Source: an uncultured Ruminococcus sp.
GTDB taxonomy: Bacteria > Bacillota > Clostridia > Oscillospirales > CAG-272
DNA: 51,222 bases
Assembly (NCBI GenBank): GCA_902785485.1
Contig: CACZZA010000001.1
Coordinates: forward strand, 1-51,222
Direction of reading: 5' to 3'
Position 1 is the stretch's first letter, and each line of letters starts with the position of its first letter. The notes under the pieces were generated by a model. The model was not told the DNA's origin, did no database searches, and saw only the letters and a list, made by a program, of their open reading frames with translations. The position numbers and the translations under genes are program-made. Shown in pieces: positions 36,767-46,353 of this stretch.

Positions 36767-37989
36767 GCCGTTTGAACGACGGACAGAAACTGCTCCTCAA
36801 GCTCGTTTCGTCCGAGATTACCGGTAATAAGATCGATATTTCAGATAAAAATGTAAACGATACCGACTGGAAAGCCTTGTTCAAGGAAGCGGTATATCAG
36901 TCCGTCCCGATAATGGCAGCCGAGGCGGTGTCGCCGTACAAAGATAAGATATCAGTTTATCCGGAGATCGAAAAATACGTAATGAGGTGCGTTTATTCCA
37001 ACGTTCGAAATCTCGGATACGAGGAAGAACTCGGGGTACTGCTCGGCAACAAAAAATATGCGATCATAAAAGGAACGTCTTCCGCATCTTACTATTGTAA
37101 ACCGTTTGAACGGGCGCTCGGAGATATAGATTTTTTGATCGATCCGTCCGACAGAAAAGAGATCACGGATATTCTTCTCAAAAACGGATTTGAAAAAAAC
37201 GGCGAATACCATATCTGCCACGACGTTTTTACTTGCGGCGGCGCTCATCTTGAGATGCATTTTGAAATAGCCGGGATCCCGTACGGCGAATGCGGAGACG
37301 TTGTCCGGCAAGAAATGAAACGCGCACTCGATTTTGTCGTAACTAAAAGCAGCGAAGGGCATACGTTTAAGTGCCTTGACGACTATTACCACGGGATAGT
37401 CATTCTTCTTCATATGCAGCATCATATGCTCGGAGAGGGAATAGGACTCAGGCATTTGTGCGATTGGGCTTGCTACGTAGAAAAAACCAGGAACGAACCT
37501 TTTTGGGAAAGATTGCTCGCTTTTTTCAAAAAAATCGGATTGTTGACTTATGCCAAGGCAATGACAAAGACCGGAGCGCTTTGCTTTTCATTGGAATGTC
37601 CGGAGTGGGCGGCAGACTTTGAGGAAGATCTTTGTTATGATATAGCAATGGATATATTTACCGGAGGAAATTTCGGTCAAAAGGATAAGACCCGTGCCAA
37701 CAGCGGAGCGTTGATTTCCGATCACGGCAAGAACGGCACGCGGGACGGCGTTTTTTCAAATTCAAAGAGAGCGTTTCTCAATTCAGTAAGAAACAACTAT
37801 CCGATAGTAAAAAAAGTACCCGTGTTATGGGCAATATTTGCTCCGGTAGGGGCGCTGAGACTGCTCTTACTTTCTGCGACCGGGAAAAAAGGTTTGAACA
37901 AAGACATATTCAAAAAGGCGGAGGAAAGACTCAGCTTATACGAGCGGCTTCGCGTTTTTGAAACCGAAGATAAGGACAATAATAAATGA
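36763..37989 (+). CDS. Uncharacterised nucleotidyltransferase family protein (NTP_transf_5-like)
   Basis: IIKG...Y...R..GDIDFLI, LEMHF, H..HH...GIGLRHLCDW, GGNFG; overlaps both neighbours by ATGA. Confidence 0.78.
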   Translation: MSRLNDGQKLLLKLVSSEITGNKIDISDKNVNDTDWKALFKEAVYQSVPIMAAEAVSPYKDKISVYPEIEKYVMRCVYSNVRNLGYEEELGVLLGNKKYAIIKGTSSASYYCKPFERALGDIDFLIDPSDRKEITDILLKNGFEKNGEYHICHDVFTCGGAHLEMHFEIAGIPYGECGDVVRQEMKRALDFVVTKSSEGHTFKCLDDYYHGIVILLHMQHHMLGEGIGLRHLCDWACYVEKTRNEPFWERLLAFFKKIGLLTYAKAMTKTGALCFSLECPEWAADFEEDLCYDIAMDIFTGGNFGQKDKTRANSGALISDHGKNGTRDGVFSNSKRAFLNSVRNNYPIVKKVPVLWAIFAPVGALRLLLLSATGKKGLNKDIFKKAEERLSLYERLRVFETEDKDNNK

Positions 37990-39182
37990 AGATCTTAGTT
38001 ACCGGAGCCAAAGGCTTTGTGGGAAAAAATTTGGTCGAAAATCTCAAAAACATTCGCGACGGGAAAAACCGTACGCATCCGGAACTCGATATCGAAGAGA
38101 TTTTTGAATACGACGTTGACTCTGCTCCCGAGGAGCTTGACGAATACTGCTCAAAAGCGGATTTTGTGTTCAACCTTGCGGGGGTAAACAGACCTAAAGA
38201 TCCGAAAGAGTTCAATGAAGGAAATTTTGGTTTTGCATCGACTCTGCTCAATACTTTGAAAAAACACGGAAACAAGTGCACCGTGATGCTCTCTTCATCT
38301 ATTCAGGCGACTCTTATCGGAAGGTATGACGGAGAATACGGCAGAAGCAAAAAGGCCGGGGAAGAGTTGTTCTTCACGTACGCCTCAGAAACCGGAGCAA
38401 AAGTGCTTGTATACCGTTTTCCTAATCTTGCGGGCAAATGGGTACGTCCAAATTACAACAGCGCCGTGGGGACTTTTTGTAACAATATTGCAAACGGTCT
38501 GCCGATACAAGTAAATGATCCTTCGGTCGAATTGGAGCTTCTTTTCATTGACGATCTCGTTGAAGAAATGTTCAATGCACTTTCCGGAAATGAGCACAGG
38601 TGCGAATTCGACGGAATAAAGACGGTACTGTGTGAAAACGGAAAATATTGTACCGTTCCCGTGACTCACCGCGCGACGCTCGGTTACATTGTAGAGTGTC
38701 TCGAGTCGTTCCGCGACCAACCGAACACCTTGATAATGCCGAAAATAGCTCCCGGAAGTTTTGAAAAGAAACTGTATTCTATGTATCTTTCTTACCTTCC
38801 CAAAGAAAAGGTCGCATTCGATCTCAAAATGAACGTCGATGAGCGCGGCAGTTTTACCGAACTTCTTAAGACTGTCGATCACGGTCAGTTTTCCGTGAAT
38901 ATCAGCAAACCGGGCATAACGAAGGGGCAGCATTGGCATAATTCCAAATGGGAATTTTTCATCGTTGTCTCCGGGCATGGACTAATTCAGGAACGAAAGA
39001 TCGGTACGGATGAAGTCATCGAATTCGAGGTCAGCGGTGAACGCATTCAGGCGGTACATATGTTGCCGGGATACACGCATAACATCATAAATCTCTCAAA
39101 GACGGAAGATCTCGTTACGCTGATGTGGGCGAATGAGATATTTGATCCTTCACATCCGGATACTTTCGGAGAAAAAGTCTGA
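37986..39182 (+). CDS. fnlB: UDP-2-acetamido-2,6-dideoxy-hexulose reductase with cupin domain (FnlB/CapF/WbjC)
   Basis: ILVTGAKGFVGKNL, NLAGVNRP, SSSIQA, YGRSK, RPNYNSAV, DERGSFTE, KGQHWH, PGYTHNI. Confidence 0.9.
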   Translation: MKILVTGAKGFVGKNLVENLKNIRDGKNRTHPELDIEEIFEYDVDSAPEELDEYCSKADFVFNLAGVNRPKDPKEFNEGNFGFASTLLNTLKKHGNKCTVMLSSSIQATLIGRYDGEYGRSKKAGEELFFTYASETGAKVLVYRFPNLAGKWVRPNYNSAVGTFCNNIANGLPIQVNDPSVELELLFIDDLVEEMFNALSGNEHRCEFDGIKTVLCENGKYCTVPVTHRATLGYIVECLESFRDQPNTLIMPKIAPGSFEKKLYSMYLSYLPKEKVAFDLKMNVDERGSFTELLKTVDHGQFSVNISKPGITKGQHWHNSKWEFFIVVSGHGLIQERKIGTDEVIEFEVSGERIQAVHMLPGYTHNIINLSKTEDLVTLMWANEIFDPSHPDTFGEKV

Positions 39183-39185
39183 ATA

Positions 39186-39224
39186 ATACCGAAATCACCC
39201 CGCCGTGCGGGGTGATTTCGGTAT
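39186..39224. terminator. Perfect 18 bp hairpin closing the polysaccharide locus
   Basis: ATACCGAAATCACCCCGC-CGT-GCGGGGTGATTTCGGTAT; weak T-tract. Confidence 0.55.
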
Positions 39225-39248
39225 AAGACGAAAACAAGGAGAACTGAC

Positions 39249-41594
39249 GTGAATTTTATCAAACGAATTTTCGGGAAAGCGGCGCGCAAGGCGGTGTCTT
39301 TCTTTATGGGAACCGGACTTGAGCAGGAGAGCGTCGGTGTTGGAGACGGCGCGGCGGACGGCGCCGGGAATGCGGGAGGGAAGGCGTTCCCGGGGATGCC
39401 GGAGCTATTACGCGAGGCGGCGGCGGACGGATGTGTCCTGCTCCGTAACGACGGGATACTCCCTCTTTCGGACGGGAGCAGGGTCTCCGTGTTCGGGAGG
39501 ACCGCGTTCGACTGGCACTTCGAAGGCTACGGGAGCGGAGGCGACGTCCGCGCTCCGTACAAGGTCGATCTGATCTCCGCGCTCGCTGAAGCGGGAGCGG
39601 CATACGACAAAGAGCTTGCCGGTATCTACTCCTCGTGGCGGGCAAAGGCGCGCAACGCGGCTGATCCGGGATTTTGGGGACACTGGCCTCTTTGTCATCC
39701 TGAAATGCCGATAGATACGAAAACCGCGGAGTCAGCGGCGAAGCGCAGCGGCGTTGCGCTTGCCGTTATCGGAAGAGCGGCGGGAGAGGACCTTGATTCC
39801 GTTCCGGAAAAAGGCGGATATTATCTTAACGACGGCGAACTTGAAATGCTCGACAGAGTGACCTCGGCGTTTGAGAAAACGGTCGTCATACTGAACGTCG
39901 GGGGAGTTATAGACCTTTCGTGGGTCAAAAAGTACGGAGACCGTATTTCCTCTCTGCTCGTCGTCTGGCTCGGAGGAATGGAGAGCGGACGCGCCGTCTG
40001 CGACGTTCTGTACGGAAAGGTCTCGCCGTCGGGAAGACTTCCGGATACCTTCGCATCGTCATACGGCGACTACCCGAGCAGTATAAATTTCGGCGACGAG
40101 TACGTCACCGAGTATGAAGAGGGGATCTACGTCGGTTACAGATATTTCGACCTCCATCCCGAAAAAGTCATATATCCATTCGGATCGGGGAAGAGCTACA
40201 CGAGCTTTGAAACGAGTCTCCTTTCGTTATCTCGAGAAAAGGCGGTATTCCGCGTGACGAATACGGGAGACCGGAGCGGCAAACATTCGCTTCTTCTGTT
40301 CTGCCGTTTGCCGGAAGGAAGGCTCGACAAGCCACGTCGCGTTCTTGCCGCCTTCGGAAAAACGGGACTTTTGTCTCCCGGAGAGTCGGCTGACTTAACT
40401 CTTGAAACAGACCGTAAAACGCTTTCGTCGTTCGACGGGGAGAAAAACCGCTTTATTCTTGAAAAAGGGCGCTACGTCTTTGAAGTCGACGGGAAAGAGA
40501 TCGGCTCTTTTGAAATATACGAAGACGAAACGGTCGAAAAATGCACCGAGATCTTCGACGGATCGGATGAACTGAAAAAACGCATACTATCGGGTCTTCC
40601 GGGAAACGACGGTGAGAAAAAACACGATCCGTCGGTTTGCTTCGACGCCGTCAGATCGGGAAAGGTCACGCTCGATGCGTTTATCGACAGCCTTTCCGAC
40701 ACGGAGCTTGAGGCGTTGACACGCGGACACGGGATGATGGGGTCGAAATACGGCACTCCCGGCAACGCGGGGACGTTCGGAGGGATCATACCTTCGCTCA
40801 TCTCCCGCAAGGTTCCCGCTGTAAGCTGTTGTGACGGTCCCGCGGGATTGAGAATGAAAGCGTCGTGCAGTCTGCTTCCGTGCGGGACTCTGCTCGCCGC
40901 GACGTTTGACGTCTCTCTTGTGCGCAGGCTTCACCGCAAGCTCGGGGAGGAAATGTGCGCAAAGGGCGCGGACGTTATTCTTTCTCCGGGAATGAACATC
41001 CACCGCGACCCGCTTTGCGGACGGAATTTCGAGTACTATTCCGAAGACCTGCTCCTTGCCGGAAAGATCGCGGCGTCCGCGATCTCCGGAATAAAGGAAT
41101 CCGGAAAAGAAGCCTGTCCCAAGCATTTTGCCTGCAACAACCAGGAGAAGGGAAGGAACAAAAACGACTCGCGCGTATCCGTACGCGCTCTGCGCGAGAT
41201 CTACCTTCGTCCGTTTGAAATCGCGGTAAAAGAAGCCGCCCCCGGCTGCATAATGACGAGCTACAACAAGGTCAACGGAGTCTATTCTCACTACTCGTAC
41301 GATCTCGCAACGTCGGTCCTGAGAAACGAGTGGGGGTTTGACGGCGTCGTTATGACCGACTGGTGGATGAAAAAGGGCAGGTCTCCCGAATTCCCGCTTC
41401 TGCGAGACAACGCGTACCGCGTCCGTGCGGGAGTAGATATCCTGATGCCGGGAGATATGGCTCATACCGCGCGAAAGTATAAGTCCGACGGGACTCTTCT
41501 CGAAAGTCTCGGACGTGAGGGCGGCATTACGCGTGGCGAGATAAAGCGCAGCGCGCGCAGAACGCTCGAACTGATGCTCAAACTGAAAAAATGA
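39249..41594 (+). CDS. Glycoside hydrolase family 3 (beta-glucosidase), inverted domain order
   Basis: N-terminal VLLRNDGILPL...PSGRLPDT...YVGYRYFD...YPFGSGKSY; C-terminal DGPAGLR, GMNIHRDPLCGRNFEYYSED, KHFACNNQE, VMTDWW. Confidence 0.92.
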   Translation: MNFIKRIFGKAARKAVSFFMGTGLEQESVGVGDGAADGAGNAGGKAFPGMPELLREAAADGCVLLRNDGILPLSDGSRVSVFGRTAFDWHFEGYGSGGDVRAPYKVDLISALAEAGAAYDKELAGIYSSWRAKARNAADPGFWGHWPLCHPEMPIDTKTAESAAKRSGVALAVIGRAAGEDLDSVPEKGGYYLNDGELEMLDRVTSAFEKTVVILNVGGVIDLSWVKKYGDRISSLLVVWLGGMESGRAVCDVLYGKVSPSGRLPDTFASSYGDYPSSINFGDEYVTEYEEGIYVGYRYFDLHPEKVIYPFGSGKSYTSFETSLLSLSREKAVFRVTNTGDRSGKHSLLLFCRLPEGRLDKPRRVLAAFGKTGLLSPGESADLTLETDRKTLSSFDGEKNRFILEKGRYVFEVDGKEIGSFEIYEDETVEKCTEIFDGSDELKKRILSGLPGNDGEKKHDPSVCFDAVRSGKVTLDAFIDSLSDTELEALTRGHGMMGSKYGTPGNAGTFGGIIPSLISRKVPAVSCCDGPAGLRMKASCSLLPCGTLLAATFDVSLVRRLHRKLGEEMCAKGADVILSPGMNIHRDPLCGRNFEYYSEDLLLAGKIAASAISGIKESGKEACPKHFACNNQEKGRNKNDSRVSVRALREIYLRPFEIAVKEAAPGCIMTSYNKVNGVYSHYSYDLATSVLRNEWGFDGVVMTDWWMKKGRSPEFPLLRDNAYRVRAGVDILMPGDMAHTARKYKSDGTLLESLGREGGITRGEIKRSARRTLELMLKLKK

Positions 41595-41677
41595 GGAGCG
41601 TATTTTCGCTTTTCTCTTGAAAAAAGACGTTTGCGGGAGTATTATTGAAGTGTAAGAAAAAACGGAGGCGAGGTCTT

Positions 41678-41941
41678 ATGAACAGATTTCTTGAACACGC
41701 CGCGGGAATGTTGTTTTTTCTGTTCTTCCGCGTTTCGTCGTGGATGTGTTCCGTCCCTATGTGGCTGACTCTGATACTTCATTTTACGGTCGGTCTTTCG
41801 ATATGGTGGTTCTGGGGGACGCTCGCGGTATGGCTCCTTGCCGGGGCGCTGCGTTATTGCCTTATAAATTTCGCCCGTTGGGGAGCCTATGAAGGTACTC
41901 CGTACCGGGAAAACAAAAATCCGTATTCAAACAAAAAATAA
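41678..41941 (+). CDS. Small hypothetical membrane protein
   Basis: GGAGG/GAGG RBS, hydrophobic Trp-rich helices, ENKNPYS tail. Confidence 0.6.
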   Translation: MNRFLEHAAGMLFFLFFRVSSWMCSVPMWLTLILHFTVGLSIWWFWGTLAVWLLAGALRYCLINFARWGAYEGTPYRENKNPYSNKK

Positions 41942-41969
41942 TTTGAAGATCATAAAGAGGTGCTGAAAA

Positions 41970-42929
41970 ATGAGACCTGTACGCTGGCTCGATATGACGC
42001 CTGAAGAATTCATCGAAGCGAGGGCTGAACGCCCCGTCGCTTACGTTCCGTTCGGACACGCCGAGGCGCACGGCGTCGTGAACGCGCTCGGAATGGACTG
42101 GTACTGCGCGGACTCGTTCTGCGTCCGTATGGCGGAAAAATACAAGGGCATCGCCTGCCCGGGATTCCAGTACCACGTTGACGAAGAGCCGTATATGAAC
42201 TGGGGCATCAACTCCTGCAAGATGGGCGAGCAGTTCTGCTCGGGCATTTCAAACTCGCTCTTCCTGCACAATATGCTCTATCAGATACGCCTGCTCGACG
42301 CGAGAAAGTTCAAGGCGGGTCTTCTGATCGGAGGTCACGCGGTCCCGAACCTGCGCAAGGACGCGGCTCTGCTCATCGAATATTATAAAATGATGACCGG
42401 CTCTCCGATCCAACTTGAATATCTTGTTTATCTTGACTTGGACAAACAGGCAAAAAAACGCTTGTTTCCCAACGAAAGAATAATTGACGGACACGCGGGG
42501 TTCGTCGAGACCGCTCTCCTTATGGCGTTCAAGCCCGAGCTTGCGCATCCCGAGCTTCTCGGAACGGAGGCGCGCTATCCCGAATCCGGCGGCGGTCGTG
42601 AAGGAATGTTCGACGCGTACTGCGCTCCGCATACTTTCGGCAAGAACGACGGACAGCTCCTTCCCACAGCTGAGCGCGGAGAGATGCTGATACAGGCTTA
42701 CCTCGAATCTCTTGGGAAGAGAGCGGACGAACTCCTCTCCGCATACGACGAGACCGACGGACGCCCCGAGGCTCCGAACTTCGACGAGCTTGAAGGTATT
42801 TGGGCAGGCTTCTACGAGGCGACGTTCAGATACTGGGGATCTCATATGAGCTACGTGGATTACGAGGAAAAAAGGCCGATGCCGGTGTTCCCCGGCTGGG
42901 ATTTTTTGGGTATCAAGGGCAGAAAATAA
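41970..42929 (+). CDS. Creatininase family amidohydrolase
   Basis: MTPEEF, YVPFGHAEAHG...GMD, GGH, GHAGFVETALLMA. Confidence 0.8.
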   Translation: MRPVRWLDMTPEEFIEARAERPVAYVPFGHAEAHGVVNALGMDWYCADSFCVRMAEKYKGIACPGFQYHVDEEPYMNWGINSCKMGEQFCSGISNSLFLHNMLYQIRLLDARKFKAGLLIGGHAVPNLRKDAALLIEYYKMMTGSPIQLEYLVYLDLDKQAKKRLFPNERIIDGHAGFVETALLMAFKPELAHPELLGTEARYPESGGGREGMFDAYCAPHTFGKNDGQLLPTAERGEMLIQAYLESLGKRADELLSAYDETDGRPEAPNFDELEGIWAGFYEATFRYWGSHMSYVDYEEKRPMPVFPGWDFLGIKGRK

Positions 42930-42944
42930 CATAAAAATAAAAAG

Positions 42945-42981
42945 CGCGGTGAAAGCCTTTTGCGAAAAGGCTTTCACCGCG
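42945..42981. terminator. Bidirectional intrinsic terminator
   Basis: CGCGGTGAAAGCCTTTT-GCG-AAAAGGCTTTCACCGCG with A-run before and T-run after, between convergent genes. Confidence 0.85.
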
Positions 42982-42996
42982 TTGTTTTTTTATTAT

Positions 42997-44298
42997 TTAT
43001 TTTGCGTAGGTGAAGTCAACTCTTGCAAGCTCTGCCTCTCCGGCGGGTATTCCTGCGGTGAGTACGAAGGTGTATTCGCCGCTTGCGAGGTCTTCGAAGA
43101 GTCTGGGAGCATACTTGCGGAAGTCCATTTTCTGTGAGGACGTACCCGGTTGGGAATCATCGTAGTCAAGCGTGTTATGTTTTGCGTAACGGGCGGCGAT
43201 GCTGCCGTCTTTGTTGAATATCTCAAACAGCAGGAAACGGAAGTAGGAGTTTGTCTCGACTGAGCCTACGAACGCGCCTTCCGCGAGGTCGTCGGCATTT
43301 ATTTCTCTCGTCAGACCAATATACATCGGGATCGTGTTTCCTTCCGTATATTCCTTGATCGTGGAGGGAACGTAGCCGTCCGAGAACAGGTCTTCGTAAG
43401 TATAGGTATGATCGACGTACCAAGTCGTTTTGACTCCGTCCTTGCGCTGTGCATCGAACTTGTTGGTCTGCTCGATAGTGGTGACATAGCTCTTTCTTCC
43501 GACGATGCTTCCGTCGCTCTTTTTCTCGACGTGATTATCGTGGATCATACGTACGTGCGCCGCGCGTTTCTCGTTCATATGCATAATAACGTCGCCCTTT
43601 TGCAGGAGCGAGTAGCATTCGTTCATCTTGGCGGGCTTGTTTGCGTTAGTGATGTCGTACGTTGAAACCATTTCCTCATTGTACGTATAGTCGCCTAAAG
43701 GTATAGCCTGGAAGCTCTTCTCGAACGGGCAGAAAGCAACCGAATATCCGTGGATGTCCGCAAAATGAGCAAGCGACGTTATGACGGACGAGGCGCACTC
43801 GAGACCGGGAATGGACTGCCACGCCTTACCGAGCCATTTATCGGGGGACGTATTGAAACGCCTTTGCGGATCGAGATAACGCTCGAACTCTTCTACGGTC
43901 GAATAGGAGTTCGCGTAAGGCAGTCCGTGATATTCTTCTCCTTTTTTATAATCGAGGCTGATGCCCCAACCCTGTGCTTCGAAGTTTTCGCTGGTAGAAA
44001 AGTCCTGTCCGCAGTACCATACGACGTTCGCCGCCTCGAGCATATAGTCTATCGCCGCTTGACGGAAGTCTGTCGGAAGTTCAAATTCTTTATAGGTGAA
44101 ATACTTTGAATAGTCGGTCTTTTTGATCTCGTTTTCCGGAGTCTGAGTTTCTTCGGTATTCTTGGTCTCCGCCTTTTCGGTGACCGGTTTGGTCTCCGCG
44201 GAAGTCTCTGAAACTTCCGTGTTTCCGCACGATACAATGACAGTCGCGATAACGGCGAAAATGGTCAGCGCTGCTAAAAGTTTCAACACGTTTTTCAT
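42997..44298 (-). CDS. Lipoprotein with possible NlpC/P60-like Cys-His domain
   Basis: ATG 44298 after AAGGAG; lipobox IVS-C; T/E-rich linker; GLPY, GLECASSV, LQKGDVI...HVRMI...IEQ. Confidence 0.72.
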   Translation of the reverse strand: MKNVLKLLAALTIFAVIATVIVSCGNTEVSETSAETKPVTEKAETKNTEETQTPENEIKKTDYSKYFTYKEFELPTDFRQAAIDYMLEAANVVWYCGQDFSTSENFEAQGWGISLDYKKGEEYHGLPYANSYSTVEEFERYLDPQRRFNTSPDKWLGKAWQSIPGLECASSVITSLAHFADIHGYSVAFCPFEKSFQAIPLGDYTYNEEMVSTYDITNANKPAKMNECYSLLQKGDVIMHMNEKRAAHVRMIHDNHVEKKSDGSIVGRKSYVTTIEQTNKFDAQRKDGVKTTWYVDHTYTYEDLFSDGYVPSTIKEYTEGNTIPMYIGLTREINADDLAEGAFVGSVETNSYFRFLLFEIFNKDGSIAARYAKHNTLDYDDSQPGTSSQKMDFRKYAPRLFEDLASGEYTFVLTAGIPAGEAELARVDFTYAK

Positions 44299-44414
44299 TT
44301 TGGATCTCCTTTTTGAAAAAATAAGCATTCCGTGACGTACAATGTAATTATACTCCCGGAATGCCTTAATGAAAATATCCAAAACAATTGTGAGTGGACA
44401 AAATAACGCAATTT

Positions 44415-45008
44415 TTATTTCTGCGGGTCGAGATACTTCCAATAATCTTTGAAGTAAATTATCCCCGACAGCACCGTCATAAACGCCATGGCGCCCATCG
44501 AAACGTAGCTGAGGATATGCTTTTGTCCCATTGCCGTATTTCCGAACAGCACCGGTTCGAGCAGAAGGACGAACACGCAGACGATCTGAGCGACGGTCTT
44601 GACTTTGCCGGGCCAGTTGGCGGAAATAACGAGCTTCGCGTTGCCGCGTACGATCATACGAAGCGACGTGACGGAGATCTCGCGAAGGATGACGATGAAC
44701 GTCGCCCAGACGAGCGTTTTGAACAGCGCGTCGTCGTTGCGTACCGTCGTCAGCAGAGCCACGAACGCTCCGAGGATCATCAGCTTGTCGGCGACGGGAT
44801 CGAGAAATTTGCCGAAGTCGGTCACGAGTCCGTATTTCCGCGCGATCTGACCGTCGAGAAAATCGGTCAGCGACGTTACGGCAAAGATCACAGAGGCGAC
44901 TATCCGCATCGTAGTATCCTCGAATATCGGGAATACGATGACGGCGATATAAAACGGGATCAGTATGACGCGCATAAGCGTCAGCTTGTTTGGAAGATTC
45001 ATTTTCAT
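44415..45008 (-). CDS. pgsA: CDP-diacylglycerol--glycerol-3-phosphate 3-phosphatidyltransferase
   Basis: MNLPNKLT..R, TDFLDGQIARKYGLVTDFGKFLDPVADK, RE...LR, GKVKT..Q. Confidence 0.95.
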   Translation of the reverse strand: MKMNLPNKLTLMRVILIPFYIAVIVFPIFEDTTMRIVASVIFAVTSLTDFLDGQIARKYGLVTDFGKFLDPVADKLMILGAFVALLTTVRNDDALFKTLVWATFIVILREISVTSLRMIVRGNAKLVISANWPGKVKTVAQIVCVFVLLLEPVLFGNTAMGQKHILSYVSMGAMAFMTVLSGIIYFKDYWKYLDPQK

Positions 45009-45027
45009 AATGCAATCGCGGTCGTTT

Positions 45028-46353
45028 TCAGACCGTCTCTCCGATCAGATCGTAATCTAAAACGTCGGTTATCCGAACGTTGTAAAACTTGCCTTCGGCG
45101 AGTTTTTTTCCGCACTTGAAGTAGATCTTGCCGTCGATCTCCGGCGCGTCCGCTTCACTTCTTCCGTAATGCATACCGGAAACGGGATCAAATCCCTCGC
45201 AAAGCACGCGAACGCATTTGCCTATCATTTTTGCGTTGTTTTCGTCGTTTATCTCCATCTGCATCCCCATAATGACGTCCCGTCTGTCCGCCTTTACCTG
45301 CTCGTCGATCTGATTTTCAAACGAGTACGCGGGGGTGTCTTCCTCTCTGGAGTAGGTGAAAGCGCCGAGACGCTCGAAGCGGGTCTCCTTGAGGTATTCG
45401 CACAGCTCTTCAAACTCTTCCTCGGTCTCTCCGGGGAAACCCGTGATGACGGTCGTACGCAGGGTAATATCCGGAATTGCCGCGCGCAGACGTTTCACCG
45501 CGTCGACGATGACTTCTTTTCCGCCGTGACGGTTCATCCGGCGCAGGACGTCGGGAGAAATGTGCTGTATCGGCATATCTATATATTTTACGATACGCGG
45601 CTCGTTTTTCATGACGTCGATCAGTTCGTCCGTGATCTTGTCGGGATAGCAGTACAGAATGCGGATCCATTCGATCTTCGTTTCGTCAACGAGGCGGCGG
45701 AGCAGGTCGGACAATGCGTATCTGCCGTAGAGATCCTGACCGTAGCGCGTGGTGTCCTGCGCGACGAGGGTGAGTTCCTTGACTCCGAGCTTTTCGAGAT
45801 CCTTGGCTTCCGAGATTATCTCGTCCATGGGTCTCGAACGGAAGGGACCGCGTATCGCGGGGATGGCGCAGTAAGTACAGCGGTTGTCGCATCCCTCGGC
45901 TATTTTGAGGTACGCCATATATTCGGGAGTAGTGACGAGCCTCTCTCCGCCCGTGTAAGACGCGGTGTCGGAATAGCTTTCGTAAAACTTCCTGTTTTCG
46001 ACAGACTTGACCGCCTTGACGATGTCGTGGAGCGACGCCACTCCGAGCAGGGCGTCGCATTCCGGGATCTCTTTTGCGACTTCGCCTTTGTAGCGCTGGG
46101 CGAGACACCCGGTAACGATGATCCCCTTGCAGGACGCGTTCTTTTTCAGCCACGCGGCGTCGAGGATAGAGTCTATCGACTCCTGTTTTGCGCTCTCGGT
46201 GAAAGCACAGGTGTTGACGACGATTATATCCGCCTCGTTCTCCTCGGGAGTGATCTCATATCCTGCGTTATGCAGATCGCGCAGCATGACCTCGGTGTCG
46301 ATGAGGTTTTTGGAACAGCCGAGCGATATAAATCCGACTTTGGTCTTTTTCAT
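45028..46353 (-). CDS. rimO: Ribosomal protein S12 methylthiotransferase
   Basis: SLGCSKNL.D.E, NTCAF, GCL.QRY, KIAEGCDNRCTYCAIP, DAPEIDG, TRAM end. Confidence 0.95.
   Translation of the reverse strand: MKKTKVGFISLGCSKNLIDTEVMLRDLHNAGYEITPEENEADIIVVNTCAFTESAKQESIDSILDAAWLKKNASCKGIIVTGCLAQRYKGEVAKEIPECDALLGVASLHDIVKAVKSVENRKFYESYSDTASYTGGERLVTTPEYMAYLKIAEGCDNRCTYCAIPAIRGPFRSRPMDEIISEAKDLEKLGVKELTLVAQDTTRYGQDLYGRYALSDLLRRLVDETKIEWIRILYCYPDKITDELIDVMKNEPRIVKYIDMPIQHISPDVLRRMNRHGGKEVIVDAVKRLRAAIPDITLRTTVITGFPGETEEEFEELCEYLKETRFERLGAFTYSREEDTPAYSFENQIDEQVKADRRDVIMGMQMEINDENNAKMIGKCVRVLCEGFDPVSGMHYGRSEADAPEIDGKIYFKCGKKLAEGKFYNVRITDVLDYDLIGETV

Noticed and set aside
44299-45015. N-terminal 239 aa extension of the 672 aa minus-strand ORF
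   Set aside because: Overlaps pgsA in another frame; the true start with RBS and lipoprotein signal is ATG 44298.
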